Assembly: GCA_024636075.1 (NCBI GenBank)
Contig: JAGXHS010000173.1
Coordinates: forward strand, 1 to 45,966
DNA: 45,966 bases
Direction of reading: 5' to 3'
Origin: Propionibacteriaceae bacterium
GTDB lineage: Bacteria; Actinomycetota; Actinomycetes; Propionibacteriales; Propionibacteriaceae
Part shown: piece by piece, positions 17,489 to 25,870 of the stretch
Layout: each line of letters begins with the position of its first letter
Position numbering within the stretch: the first letter of the stretch is position 1
The notes under the pieces: model-generated
The model's input: the letters and a program-made list of their open reading frames with translations, nothing else
Told to the model about the DNA's origin: nothing
Database searches by the model: none
Position numbers and translations under genes: made by a program

Positions 17489-20203
17489 GTGACACTGCGG
17501 GCTACAGTCGGGCAGGTGAATTCCGATGCTGTCACTGACAAGCTGCTGTTGATCGACGGCCACTCGGTGGCCTACCGCGCCTACTACGCGCTGCCGGTGG
17601 AGAACTTCGCCACCAGCACCGGTCAGCACACCAACGCCGTCTACGGCTTCACGTCGATGCTGATCAACGTGCTGCGGGACGAGATGCCGACCCATCTGGC
17701 GGTCGCCTTCGACGTGTCCCGCACGACCTTCCGCACCGAGGTCTACAGCGAGTACAAAGCGCAACGGGCCGCCTCGCCCGACGAGTTCAAGGGGCAGGTC
17801 TCTCTGATCAAGGAGGTGCTCGATGCGCTCAACATCGTGCACGTCGAGGTCGAGGGCTACGAGGCGGACGACGTGATCGCCACCTTGGCCACTGCCGCGG
17901 AGGAGCAGGGAATGGACGCGCTGATCTGCACGGGTGACCGGGACGCGATGCAGTTGGTCAGTGACGCGGTGACGGTGCTCTACCCTCGCAAGGGCGTCAG
18001 CGACCTGGCCCGGATGACTCCCCAGACGGTGCTGGAGAAGTACTTGGTCACCCCGCAGCGCTACCCGGAACTGGCGGCTCTGGTGGGGGAGACCAGCGAC
18101 AACCTTCCCGGTGTCCCAGGGGTGGGCCCCAAGACGGCCGCAAAATGGCTGACCGCCCACGACGGGCTGGAGAATCTGGTGCGGCAGGCCGAGCAGGTGG
18201 GCGGCAAGGCGGGTCAGTCCTTCCGCGACCATCTGGACGACGTGCTCCGCAACCGGCAGCTCAATGCCCTGGTCCGCGATCTGGAGCTGCCGGTGCGCCT
18301 GGGCGAACTGGAGCGTCGGGACTGGGACCGCGAAGCCGTGCACACCCTGTTCGACGGTCTTGAGTTCAGGGTGCTGCGGGATCGGTTGCTCGAATCGTTG
18401 CCGCAGCGCGATGCTCCCCCGAGCGGCGGATTCGAGGTGTCAGGCAGCAGGTTGACCACTGGCGAAGTGGCGGCGTGGCTCGCTGACCACACTGGTCAGG
18501 GCATCACCGGTGTGGACGTCGTGGGTACGTGGTCCGCCGGCAGCGGTGACATCACCGGCCTGGGATTGGCTGCCGGTGACGAGGCTGTTTGTTTCGTTGA
18601 CACTGCCGAGCTTGACCCGGACGATGACCGGGCGCTGTCGGACTGGCTGGTCGAGGAGAATCGACCGAAGGCGCTCCATGATGCCAAGGGCCCCATCCTG
18701 GCGGCGTGGTCCCGGGGGTGGGACCTGCGCGGGGTGCGGTGCGACACGCTGTTGGCCGCATATCTGCTCAAGCCGGACCAACGCACCTACGACCTTGCTG
18801 ATCTCACCGTTCGCCACCTGGACCGCGAGTTGCGGGTGGGTGGTGATGCTGGGCATGGCGACCAGTTGGCGCTCGACTTCGGTGTCGACGACGATGCGGT
18901 ACAGGCGTCGATGATGCGCGCCCGGGCGATCAGCGATCTCGCCGAACAGCTGGGTGAGGAACTGGTGCAGCACTCGGCGGACGGTTTGCTGCGCGATGTG
19001 GAGTTGCCGCTGCTGCGCATCCTGGCGAGCATGGAGCGCGTCGGGATCGCGGTCGACGAGGAGCTGCTGCAATCGCTGCGGCGAGACTTCGACTCCTCCG
19101 TGCTGAAGGCGGAGAGCCGAGCCTTCGAGATCATCGGGACCACGATCAACCTGAGTTCGCCCAAGCAACTTCAGGCCGTGCTCTTCGACGATCTGGGGAT
19201 GCCGAAGACCCGGCGGACGAAATCCGGCTACACCACCGACGCCGATGCGCTCGAAGGTCTTTACCGCAAGACCGAACACCCCTTCCTGGAGCAGTTGCTG
19301 GCGCACCGCGACGCCATCCGGCTGCGCCAGACAGTGGACGGGTTGCTGAAGTCGATCGCTGACGACGATCGGATCCACACCACCTACCTGCAGACCATTG
19401 CCGCCACCGGGCGGTTGTCGAGCACCGACCCCAATCTGCAGAACATTCCGATCCGCACCGATGCCGGTCGCAGGATTCGTGAAGGATTCGTGGTCGGTGG
19501 GGGCTGGGCCCAGTTGCTGACCGCTGACTACTCACAGATCGAGATGCGCATCATGGCGCACCTGTCCGACGACGCGGGGTTGATCAGCGCCTTCCGCAGC
19601 GGCGAGGACTTCCACACGGTGATGGCGGCCCGTGTCTTCGGTGTCGCGGCTGGTCAGGTGTCGCAGGGGCAGCGGGCCAAGATCAAGGCAATGAACTACG
19701 GACCGGCGTACGGGTTGAGCGCGTTCGGCCTGTCGAACCAGCTGAACATCAACAGATCCGAGGCAACCGGACTGATGGACGAGTACTTCGAACGCTTCGG
19801 CGGGGTTCGTGACTATCTCGCTGAGGTGGTGGCCAAGGCACGCCGGACCGGCTACACCGAGACGATGCTGGGTCGCCGGCGCTACCTGCCCGATCTGAAC
19901 ACCTCCAACCGGCAGCGCCGGGAGATGGCCGAGCGGATGGCGCTCAACGCCCCCATCCAGGGGTCAGCCGCCGACATCATCAAACTCGCCATGCTCAGGG
20001 TTGACCGGGCGTTGCAGGAATCGGGAGCGGACTCACGACTGCTGCTGCAGATCCATGACGAACTGTTGCTGGAGGTCGCTCCGGGCGAAGAGGAATCGAT
20101 CCGTCAGTTGGTCAGCACCCAGATGGGTGCTGCCATCGAGATGAAAGTGCCGCTCGACGTGTCCACCGGCTTCGGGTCGTCATGGCATGCGGCCGCTCAC
20201 TGA
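17489..20203 (+). CDS. polA: DNA polymerase I
   Basis: 5'-nuclease domain (LLLIDGHSVAYRAYYAL). Polymerase motifs A (LLTADYSQIEMRIMAH), B (RAKIKAMNYGPAYG) and C (LLLQIHDELLLE). The start is ambiguous. GTG 17516, with TACAGT 7 nt upstream, is an equally good and possibly leaderless start. Confidence 0.95.
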   Translation: MTLRATVGQVNSDAVTDKLLLIDGHSVAYRAYYALPVENFATSTGQHTNAVYGFTSMLINVLRDEMPTHLAVAFDVSRTTFRTEVYSEYKAQRAASPDEFKGQVSLIKEVLDALNIVHVEVEGYEADDVIATLATAAEEQGMDALICTGDRDAMQLVSDAVTVLYPRKGVSDLARMTPQTVLEKYLVTPQRYPELAALVGETSDNLPGVPGVGPKTAAKWLTAHDGLENLVRQAEQVGGKAGQSFRDHLDDVLRNRQLNALVRDLELPVRLGELERRDWDREAVHTLFDGLEFRVLRDRLLESLPQRDAPPSGGFEVSGSRLTTGEVAAWLADHTGQGITGVDVVGTWSAGSGDITGLGLAAGDEAVCFVDTAELDPDDDRALSDWLVEENRPKALHDAKGPILAAWSRGWDLRGVRCDTLLAAYLLKPDQRTYDLADLTVRHLDRELRVGGDAGHGDQLALDFGVDDDAVQASMMRARAISDLAEQLGEELVQHSADGLLRDVELPLLRILASMERVGIAVDEELLQSLRRDFDSSVLKAESRAFEIIGTTINLSSPKQLQAVLFDDLGMPKTRRTKSGYTTDADALEGLYRKTEHPFLEQLLAHRDAIRLRQTVDGLLKSIADDDRIHTTYLQTIAATGRLSSTDPNLQNIPIRTDAGRRIREGFVVGGGWAQLLTADYSQIEMRIMAHLSDDAGLISAFRSGEDFHTVMAARVFGVAAGQVSQGQRAKIKAMNYGPAYGLSAFGLSNQLNINRSEATGLMDEYFERFGGVRDYLAEVVAKARRTGYTETMLGRRRYLPDLNTSNRQRREMAERMALNAPIQGSAADIIKLAMLRVDRALQESGADSRLLLQIHDELLLEVAPGEEESIRQLVSTQMGAAIEMKVPLDVSTGFGSSWHAAAH

Positions 20204-20222
20204 GCGGCACGAGTCGCAGGGC

Positions 20223-20888
20223 TCAGCGTGGGTTGACGGGCGATGCGTGGAAGACGATTCGCGAATTCCACGTCTCGCGGGACCGGTCGAAGTCCCAGCA
20301 CACCACCAGCACGATGTCCGGCGCGGAATCGTCGGCGTAGATCACCGACGAGTTGTCGTCGTAGTTTGCTGCCCAGATCTTGGTGGACTTCTGGTAGCGG
20401 TAGCAGAGCGTCTTCCCCGACGAATCGCTCAACCGCAGTATCGTGCCCGGTTTCAGGCCCTTCGTGGAGTCGTGCAGTTCATTGCCCAGGGCGCCACCGT
20501 TGCGATAGGTGTGCGCGGTCAGCACCACGTGGCCCTTCGTCGAGCCGGGCTTCGGACCCTCCTGCCACCAGGCGACGGTGTTGGGCTGGTCACTGGGAGG
20601 CGCCATCGTGCCGTCGTGGTCGTCCGAGTCCACGCCCAGAACAGGTGCGGAAATGCCGAGCGAATCAACGGTGAACATCGCCGGCACGAGGGTGGCACCG
20701 TGTGGGCTGCACCCTGCCAGGGCTGGATCCGGAGTGGACGCGGCCGGAGCGCTGCCCGCTGTCACAGGAGAGGGTGCCTGCGGTGAACGCACCAGGGCGA
20801 ACAGCACCGCCGCCGACACAGCGGCGAGCGCCGCGGCCGCGATGACGCGACGACGAGCAAGCGACACAGCTCCTCCTGCGGAATGCAC
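20223..20888 (-). CDS. Sortase-family transpeptidase, class F-like (membrane anchored)
   Basis: 221 aa. N-terminal RRR plus a TM helix, then IPSxG-type entry (LGISAPVLGV), catalytic His context GHVVLTAHTY, and catalytic Cys context DIVLVVCWDFDR. GTG start. Confidence 0.7.
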   Translation of the reverse strand: MHSAGGAVSLARRRVIAAAALAAVSAAVLFALVRSPQAPSPVTAGSAPAASTPDPALAGCSPHGATLVPAMFTVDSLGISAPVLGVDSDDHDGTMAPPSDQPNTVAWWQEGPKPGSTKGHVVLTAHTYRNGGALGNELHDSTKGLKPGTILRLSDSSGKTLCYRYQKSTKIWAANYDDNSSVIYADDSAPDIVLVVCWDFDRSRETWNSRIVFHASPVNPR

Positions 20889-20922
20889 GCCTCCACGACA
20901 GCTCGTGGTCCATGACCCCGGA

Positions 20923-20952
20923 TTGACCCTTCAGCTGACCGAAAGATACTCT
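20923..20952 (+). promoter_or_regulatory. Candidate promoter for rpsA (TTGACC-18 nt-TACTCT)
   Basis: Hexamers at 20923-20928 and 20947-20952, about 60 nt upstream of ATG 21014. Pattern only. Confidence 0.3.
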
Positions 20953-21013
20953 GGGGTGGCATTGTATCCGCAATGCAGAATCCACTCATCATCCACCATC
21001 GGAGCCCTACTAC

Positions 21014-22486
21014 ATGACCTCCTCCATTGAGGCCTCTCCTCAGGTCGCAGTCGACGACCTCGGCTCACCGGAAGCATTTCTCGCTGCGGTTGACGCCACC
21101 ATCAAGTACTTCAACGACGGGGACATCGTCACCGGCACCGTCGTCAAGGTTGACCGGGACGAGGTCCTGCTCGACATCGGTTACAAGACCGAGGGCGTGA
21201 TCCCCTCCCGCGAGCTGTCGATCAAGCATGACGTCGACCCCTTCGAGGTGGTCAGTGTCGGCGATGAGATCGAGGCCCTGGTCCAGCAGAAGGAAGACAA
21301 GGAAGGCCGTCTGATCCTCTCCAAGAAGCGGGCTCAGTACGAGCGCGCCTGGGGAACCATCGAAAAGATCAAAGAAGAGGACGGAGTCGTCACCGGATCG
21401 GTGATCGAGGTCGTCAAGGGCGGCTTGATCGTCGACATCGGTTTGCGCGGCTTCCTGCCGGCTTCGCTGGTGGAGATGCGTCGGGTGCGCGACCTGCAGC
21501 CCTACGTGGGGATGGAGTTGGAAGCCAAGATCATTGAGCTGGACAAGAACCGCAACAACGTGGTGCTGTCCCGTCGGGCATGGTTGGAACAGACCCAATC
21601 CCAGGTGCGCCAGGACTTCCTGACCCAGTTGCAGAAGGGTCAGATTCGCAAGGGCGTCGTCTCGTCGATCGTCAATTTCGGTGCCTTCGTCGACCTCGGC
21701 GGTGTGGACGGACTGGTCCACGTCTCCGAGCTCAGCTGGAAGCACATTGACCACCCGGGCGAGGTCGTCGAGGTCGGCATGGCGGTCACCGTCGAGGTGC
21801 TCGACGTGGACATGGACCGCGAGCGCGTGTCGCTGTCGTTGAAGGCCACCCAGGAAGATCCGTGGCAGACCTTCGCTCGCACCCACGCCATCGGCCAGAT
21901 CGTGCCCGGCAAGGTCACCAAGCTGGTGCCGTTCGGTTCCTTCGTCCGTGTCGAGGAAGGAATCGAGGGCCTGGTGCACGTCTCCGAGCTTGCTGAGCGT
22001 CACGTGGAGATCCCCGAGCAGGTCGTTGCCGTGAATGACGATGTGATGGTCAAGATCATTGACATCGATCTGGAGAGCCGCCGCATTTCGCTGTCGCTCA
22101 AGCAGGCCAATGAGGGTGTCGACATCGGCGCGGACGACTTCGATCCGTCGCTGTATGGCATGACCGCGAGCTACGACGACGAGGGCAACTACATCTACCC
22201 CGAGGGCTTCGATCCGGAGACCAACGAGTGGAAGGAAGGCTACGAGGAGCAGCAGCGTGCCTGGGAGCATCAGTACGCTGAGGCCCAAGCTCGCTGGGAG
22301 GCCCACAAGAAGCAGGTCGAGGACTCCGAGAGCGGCGACCGTGTCGACGTTGCTGACACCCAGCAGGCCTACTCCTCCACGCCGGCCGCCCGTCCGGACG
22401 CCGCGCCAGCCGCGGTGCCGGAGGGTTCGCTCGCTTCGGACGAGGCGCTGCAGGCCCTGCGCGACAAGCTGACCGGCGGGAACTGA
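21014..22486 (+). CDS. rpsA: 30S ribosomal protein S1
   Basis: 490 aa with repeated S1 (OB-fold) domains (GTVVKVDRDEVLLDIGYKTEG, GSVIEVVKGGLIVDIG, GVVSSIVNFGAFVDLG, GKVTKLVPFGSFVRV) and an acidic C-terminal tail. Confidence 0.97.
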   Translation: MTSSIEASPQVAVDDLGSPEAFLAAVDATIKYFNDGDIVTGTVVKVDRDEVLLDIGYKTEGVIPSRELSIKHDVDPFEVVSVGDEIEALVQQKEDKEGRLILSKKRAQYERAWGTIEKIKEEDGVVTGSVIEVVKGGLIVDIGLRGFLPASLVEMRRVRDLQPYVGMELEAKIIELDKNRNNVVLSRRAWLEQTQSQVRQDFLTQLQKGQIRKGVVSSIVNFGAFVDLGGVDGLVHVSELSWKHIDHPGEVVEVGMAVTVEVLDVDMDRERVSLSLKATQEDPWQTFARTHAIGQIVPGKVTKLVPFGSFVRVEEGIEGLVHVSELAERHVEIPEQVVAVNDDVMVKIIDIDLESRRISLSLKQANEGVDIGADDFDPSLYGMTASYDDEGNYIYPEGFDPETNEWKEGYEEQQRAWEHQYAEAQARWEAHKKQVEDSESGDRVDVADTQQAYSSTPAARPDAAPAAVPEGSLASDEALQALRDKLTGGN

Positions 22487-22512
22487 GTCCGCCAGCACGG
22501 CTCAGCATCGTT

Positions 22513-22544
22513 GAAGGCCCCACTCGGCGACGGGTGGGGCCTTC
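22513..22544 (+). terminator. Perfect 11-bp GC-rich hairpin after rpsA (10-nt loop); no U tract
   Basis: GAAGGCCCCAC (22513-22523) pairs with GTGGGGCCTTC (22534-22544). It begins 27 nt after the rpsA stop. Confidence 0.6.
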
Positions 22545-22568
22545 ACTACTCCATGACAGGAAGGGTCA

Positions 22569-23150
22569 ATGCGGATCGGACTCACAGGTGGTGTCGCCAG
22601 CGGCAAGTCGCTGGTGGCAGGTCTGCTGGCTGAGCGGGGCGCCGTGATCATCGACGCGGACCTGTTGGCTCGCCGGGCAGTGGCTCCCGGAACACCGGGT
22701 CTGCAATCCGTCGCCGACGAATTCGGTGGCGACGTCTTCACCGACGATGGCAGCCTGGACCGCCCTGCGCTCGGTGCCGTGGTGTTCGCCGACGAGCAGG
22801 CCCGTCGCCGACTGGAGGCGATCATTCATCCCGAGGTGCGTCGGTTGGCTGCGGAGCTGGAGGACGACGCAACAGACGGCAGCGTCGTCGTCCATGTGAT
22901 CCCGCTTCTTGTGGAGACCGGACAGCATGGCGATTTCGATCTGCTGGTAGTGGTTGACGCGCCGCCCGAGCTGCAGCTGGAACGATTGATGGCACGCAAC
23001 GATCTGGACGAGGCTGCAGCATCTGCTCGGCTCGCTGCCCAGGCCACCCGGCAGCAGCGGCTTGATGTTGCTGACTGGGTGATCGACAACGGTGGCAGCG
23101 CGCGTGACACGGAGCGACAGGTCGACCTACTGTGGGGAGCGCTTCGCTGA
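22569..23150 (+). CDS. coaE: Dephospho-CoA kinase
   Basis: 193 aa with MRIGLTGGVASGKS P-loop and the IIDADLLAR motif. Follows rpsA, as in mycobacterial gene order. Confidence 0.9.
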   Translation: MRIGLTGGVASGKSLVAGLLAERGAVIIDADLLARRAVAPGTPGLQSVADEFGGDVFTDDGSLDRPALGAVVFADEQARRRLEAIIHPEVRRLAAELEDDATDGSVVVHVIPLLVETGQHGDFDLLVVVDAPPELQLERLMARNDLDEAAASARLAAQATRQQRLDVADWVIDNGGSARDTERQVDLLWGALR

Positions 23151-23354
23151 TTCCAGGCGCAGCGCCAGCCGTGGGCACAACCGGACCGCCAGTCGAGCGT
23201 CGTCAAGCGACCCGCCGGGGATGGGAACATCGGTCCCTGCCGCTGAGAATGGGAAGCCCCAGTCGTCCGCGGTGAGCAGATCAGGCAGCAGTTCAATGCA
23301 GGCACCGCTGGCTGTGCACAAGGTCCAGTCGATGTGCAGCTGGTGGGCACTCAT
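23127..23354 (-). CDS. Small single-cluster ferredoxin (3Fe-4S/4Fe-4S type)
   Basis: 75 aa, the C-terminal part of track ORF 23127-23753. Reads MSAHQLHIDWTLCTASGACIELLPDLL...RLCPRLAL, i.e. a C-x5-C...CP cluster motif. GGGAG lies about 6 nt upstream. ATGA overlap with the upstream gene's stop. Confidence 0.65.
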   Translation of the reverse strand: MSAHQLHIDWTLCTASGACIELLPDLLTADDWGFPFSAAGTDVPIPGGSLDDARLAVRLCPRLALRLESAKRSPQ

Positions 23355-24490
23355 GCCGACTCCCTGATCGATTCGGTAGCGGTGCAGCGACCAGCCAGAT
23401 GGGCGTCGACCTCGTCGGGAAACATCTGGAGGGCGCTGGCGACGAGATTTGCCGTGCCGGTCGGGTGGAAGCAGGCTCCACGACGACTGACCTGACCCAT
23501 CAGTCGGTGGATGTCCTGGATGTCCTGGATGGCAGCGGTCCTCGGGAAGTCGGCGAGCTCCTGCACCGCCGTTGCCAGATCGGGCAGTCCGAAGCGGCAC
23601 GGGCCGCACTGGCCCGCGTTTTCGTTTGCCAGCCATCTGGTCACGGTGGCGGTGTAGCGCAACGGGCAGACCTGCGGCGCCAGGGCAACGATCACGCCAG
23701 CACCCGGAATCCGACCGAAGGGCTTCCGGGCGGACTCGTCCATGCGCGTCCATCGTCCATGGAACCCACCGAGCAGCACGGCGCTGACCGAGTCGGGGTC
23801 GATGCCGGCGCCGAACAGCACGTCGACCAGCGACGCGTTTGCGGTGCTTTCCAGCACCACCGGAGCTCCGCGGTGGCCGGGCCGCTGCACCGTCAGCAGG
23901 TGTGGCCCCGGATCCTGCGGCGTCCCGATCAGGCTGAAGCGGTTGCCGCCCATGCGAACGATCTGGGAGATCCGGGAAAGTGTTTCGACGTTGTGCACCA
24001 GCGTGGGGTGCCCGCGCAGCCCCGAGATGCTGGCCGGCAGCCTGCGATCCGTGGGAAAGGCCGGGCCGCCCCCGATGGCGCCGATCACAGCACTGGACTC
24101 ACCGGAGACGAAACTCTTCGCCGAACGGTGCAGCCGAATGCGGGACGCTTCGGGTCGTTGCTGCAGAGCGCGACTCAGTGTTGCCTCAGCAGCCTCGTCG
24201 AGATGCAGATGCAGCTCGTCCGCGTGGACGGCAGCTGCAGTGACGAGCAACCCGTCGATCACTTGGTGCGGATCGCGCTGCAACAGGACTGCATCCTTAC
24301 GACTCAGCGGTTCTCCCTCTGCACCATTGCCGATCACCACACGTCGCCTGCTGGTCCCGACCAGTCGACGAGCGGGCATCGATTCCCACTTGCGCCAGAC
24401 CGGGAAACCCGCACCGCCTCGGCCGAGGAGACCAGAGGCTTTGATTTCGGCGCGTAGCTGCTCCGGCGGCCACTCCCACGGCTCGCTCAT
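23351..24490 (-). CDS. NuoF-like (complex I 51-kDa family) NAD(P)H-binding FMN / [4Fe-4S] protein, soluble
   Basis: 379 aa from ATG 24490; the rest of track ORF 23351-25018 is an Arg-rich extension. Motifs: GLLGRGGAGFPVWRKW, VIGNGAEGEPLSRKD, FVSGESSAVIGAI, PTLVHNVETL, and NAGQCGPCRFG...RGACFHP (C-x2-C-x2-C...C). Confidence 0.8.
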   Translation of the reverse strand: MSEPWEWPPEQLRAEIKASGLLGRGGAGFPVWRKWESMPARRLVGTSRRRVVIGNGAEGEPLSRKDAVLLQRDPHQVIDGLLVTAAAVHADELHLHLDEAAEATLSRALQQRPEASRIRLHRSAKSFVSGESSAVIGAIGGGPAFPTDRRLPASISGLRGHPTLVHNVETLSRISQIVRMGGNRFSLIGTPQDPGPHLLTVQRPGHRGAPVVLESTANASLVDVLFGAGIDPDSVSAVLLGGFHGRWTRMDESARKPFGRIPGAGVIVALAPQVCPLRYTATVTRWLANENAGQCGPCRFGLPDLATAVQELADFPRTAAIQDIQDIHRLMGQVSRRGACFHPTGTANLVASALQMFPDEVDAHLAGRCTATESIRESA

Positions 24491-25035
24491 GCTGCCGACC
24501 CCACCGGTTGCGGGCTGTGCAGCAAGCGGTACAGCCCGGCGATCCCGACGGCTGCCCCGCAACCGACCGCCATGGCGACGAACCATGAGGAGCTGGCGTC
24601 GGTGCCGCTTCCCACGGCGTGCACCATGGAGAGCAGCCACGCCAGGTAACTGAACCAGTGGATGGCCTTGAAAGCCTCGAAACCCAGTCGGTGTCTGAGC
24701 AGAGCGGTGACCAGGACTGCGACGAAACACTCGAATGCGAGTGTCCCTGCCCCGACATACAGCGGGTTGGCTGCGGCGGAGGCGAACGGGAGGAACAGAT
24801 CCAGCAGAGCCAACTTGGCATAGCTGTCCAAGAACAACGAGATCAGGTGGCCTGCCAGCAGCACCATGGAGAAGACCGAAATGTTGCGGTGCACCATGGT
24901 GGTGGCGAAGCGGGCGAGGCCGGGGACGTCGCCCCTGGCGGCCACCACCAGGCCGATCACCACGCTGAGGGTCAGACTCAGCAGCAGGGCGACGCCAGTA
25001 CCGCGGCCTATCGCCCACATCAGTTCATCAGGCAT
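24487..25035 (-). CDS. Ferric-reductase-domain (FRD; NOX/FRE/MsrQ-like) bis-heme b membrane protein, stand-alone
   Basis: 182 aa from ATG 25035, which lies 6 nt after GAGG (ATG 25047 is an alternative). About 5 TM helices. HRNISVFSMVLLAGH gives His-x13-His and HWFSYLAWLLSMVH gives His-x12-His in two of them. ATGA overlap with the NuoF-like gene. Confidence 0.7.
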   Translation of the reverse strand: MPDELMWAIGRGTGVALLLSLTLSVVIGLVVAARGDVPGLARFATTMVHRNISVFSMVLLAGHLISLFLDSYAKLALLDLFLPFASAAANPLYVGAGTLAFECFVAVLVTALLRHRLGFEAFKAIHWFSYLAWLLSMVHAVGSGTDASSSWFVAMAVGCGAAVGIAGLYRLLHSPQPVGSAA

Positions 25036-25870
25036 CTGACGCCTCATTCCTCGGCCAGCCGCCGATGTGAAGGAGGGAGCCCTCCGAGGTGACCAGTCGC
25101 GCTGGGTACTGCTGCGCTTGTAGCCAGGTGGGTGCCTCGTCGGCCAGGACAATGGCCGCGGTGCTCAGCGTGTTGGCCAGCTCACAGCTGGGGGCGGCGA
25201 CACTGACCGTTCGGTACGCGTCACTGGCCCCCTTCCCTGTGCGCGGATCGGTGATGTGGTGCCGGCTGCTGCCGTGCTCGTTCCGGCGTCGTCGTTGGGT
25301 GCTCGAGGTGGCGACGGCCCAGCCGTCAGGCAGCGAGATGCACGACGTCGGATCCGTCGGCATGTCCTGTACCAAGACCTGCCAGCCGTCCTCGGGAGCG
25401 GTCCCGGAGGTGGCGATGTCGCCACCGAGACTGACCAGGGCGCCGCCGCCGAGGCGACTGGTCAATGCCGCGGCACACCAGTCGGCCGCGACGGCTTTTC
25501 CTGTGGCACCCAGATCGAACCTCGTGCCAGCAGGTGCCGTGAGCTGCTCGTCCACCAGATGCAGCTGCCGCCACGTCGAGCCCGATTCCGGGACGGGGGT
25601 CACCAACCCTTCGGTGCGACGGGCGGCTCGAAGTGCCGCCCGCAGCAGCTTGGCCAAGGTGTCGGAGACCGTGACCGGCCCGGGGAGGGACGCGGCCACG
25701 GCGGACAGTTCGGCATCCGGGCGGTAGTTGCTGCAGGCCTTTCCCACCTTCTCGAGGATCGCTGCGGTGATCTCCATTGCATCGTCAATGCGCTTCGAAT
25801 CAGTGATCACCAGACGGCAGTCACAGGTCCATTGGGACCAGTCACGGGCCGCCAACTGCTGCGTGCTCAT
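25028..25870 (-). CDS. apbE: FAD:protein FMN transferase (ApbE family); no signal peptide or lipobox visible
   Basis: 280 aa with FDLGATGKAVAADW and HHITDPRTGKGA motifs characteristic of ApbE. The N-terminus MSTQQLAARDWSQWTCDCRLVITD has no hydrophobic segment. Confidence 0.85.
   Translation of the reverse strand: MSTQQLAARDWSQWTCDCRLVITDSKRIDDAMEITAAILEKVGKACSNYRPDAELSAVAASLPGPVTVSDTLAKLLRAALRAARRTEGLVTPVPESGSTWRQLHLVDEQLTAPAGTRFDLGATGKAVAADWCAAALTSRLGGGALVSLGGDIATSGTAPEDGWQVLVQDMPTDPTSCISLPDGWAVATSSTQRRRRNEHGSSRHHITDPRTGKGASDAYRTVSVAAPSCELANTLSTAAIVLADEAPTWLQAQQYPARLVTSEGSLLHIGGWPRNEASDA

Noticed and set aside
17480-18343. N-terminal 288 aa of track ORF 17066-18343 (minus strand).
   Set aside because: This part is antisense to the polA 5'-nuclease domain and is not protein-like. 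The thioesterase homology begins at ATG 17479.
24491-25018. 176-aa N-terminal extension of the NuoF-like ORF (track ORF 23351-25018).
   Set aside because: The extension is Arg/Pro/Gly-rich and overlaps the FRD membrane-protein gene in another frame. The NuoF-like homology starts at MSEPWEW (ATG 24490), which forms an ATGA overlap with the FRD gene's stop.
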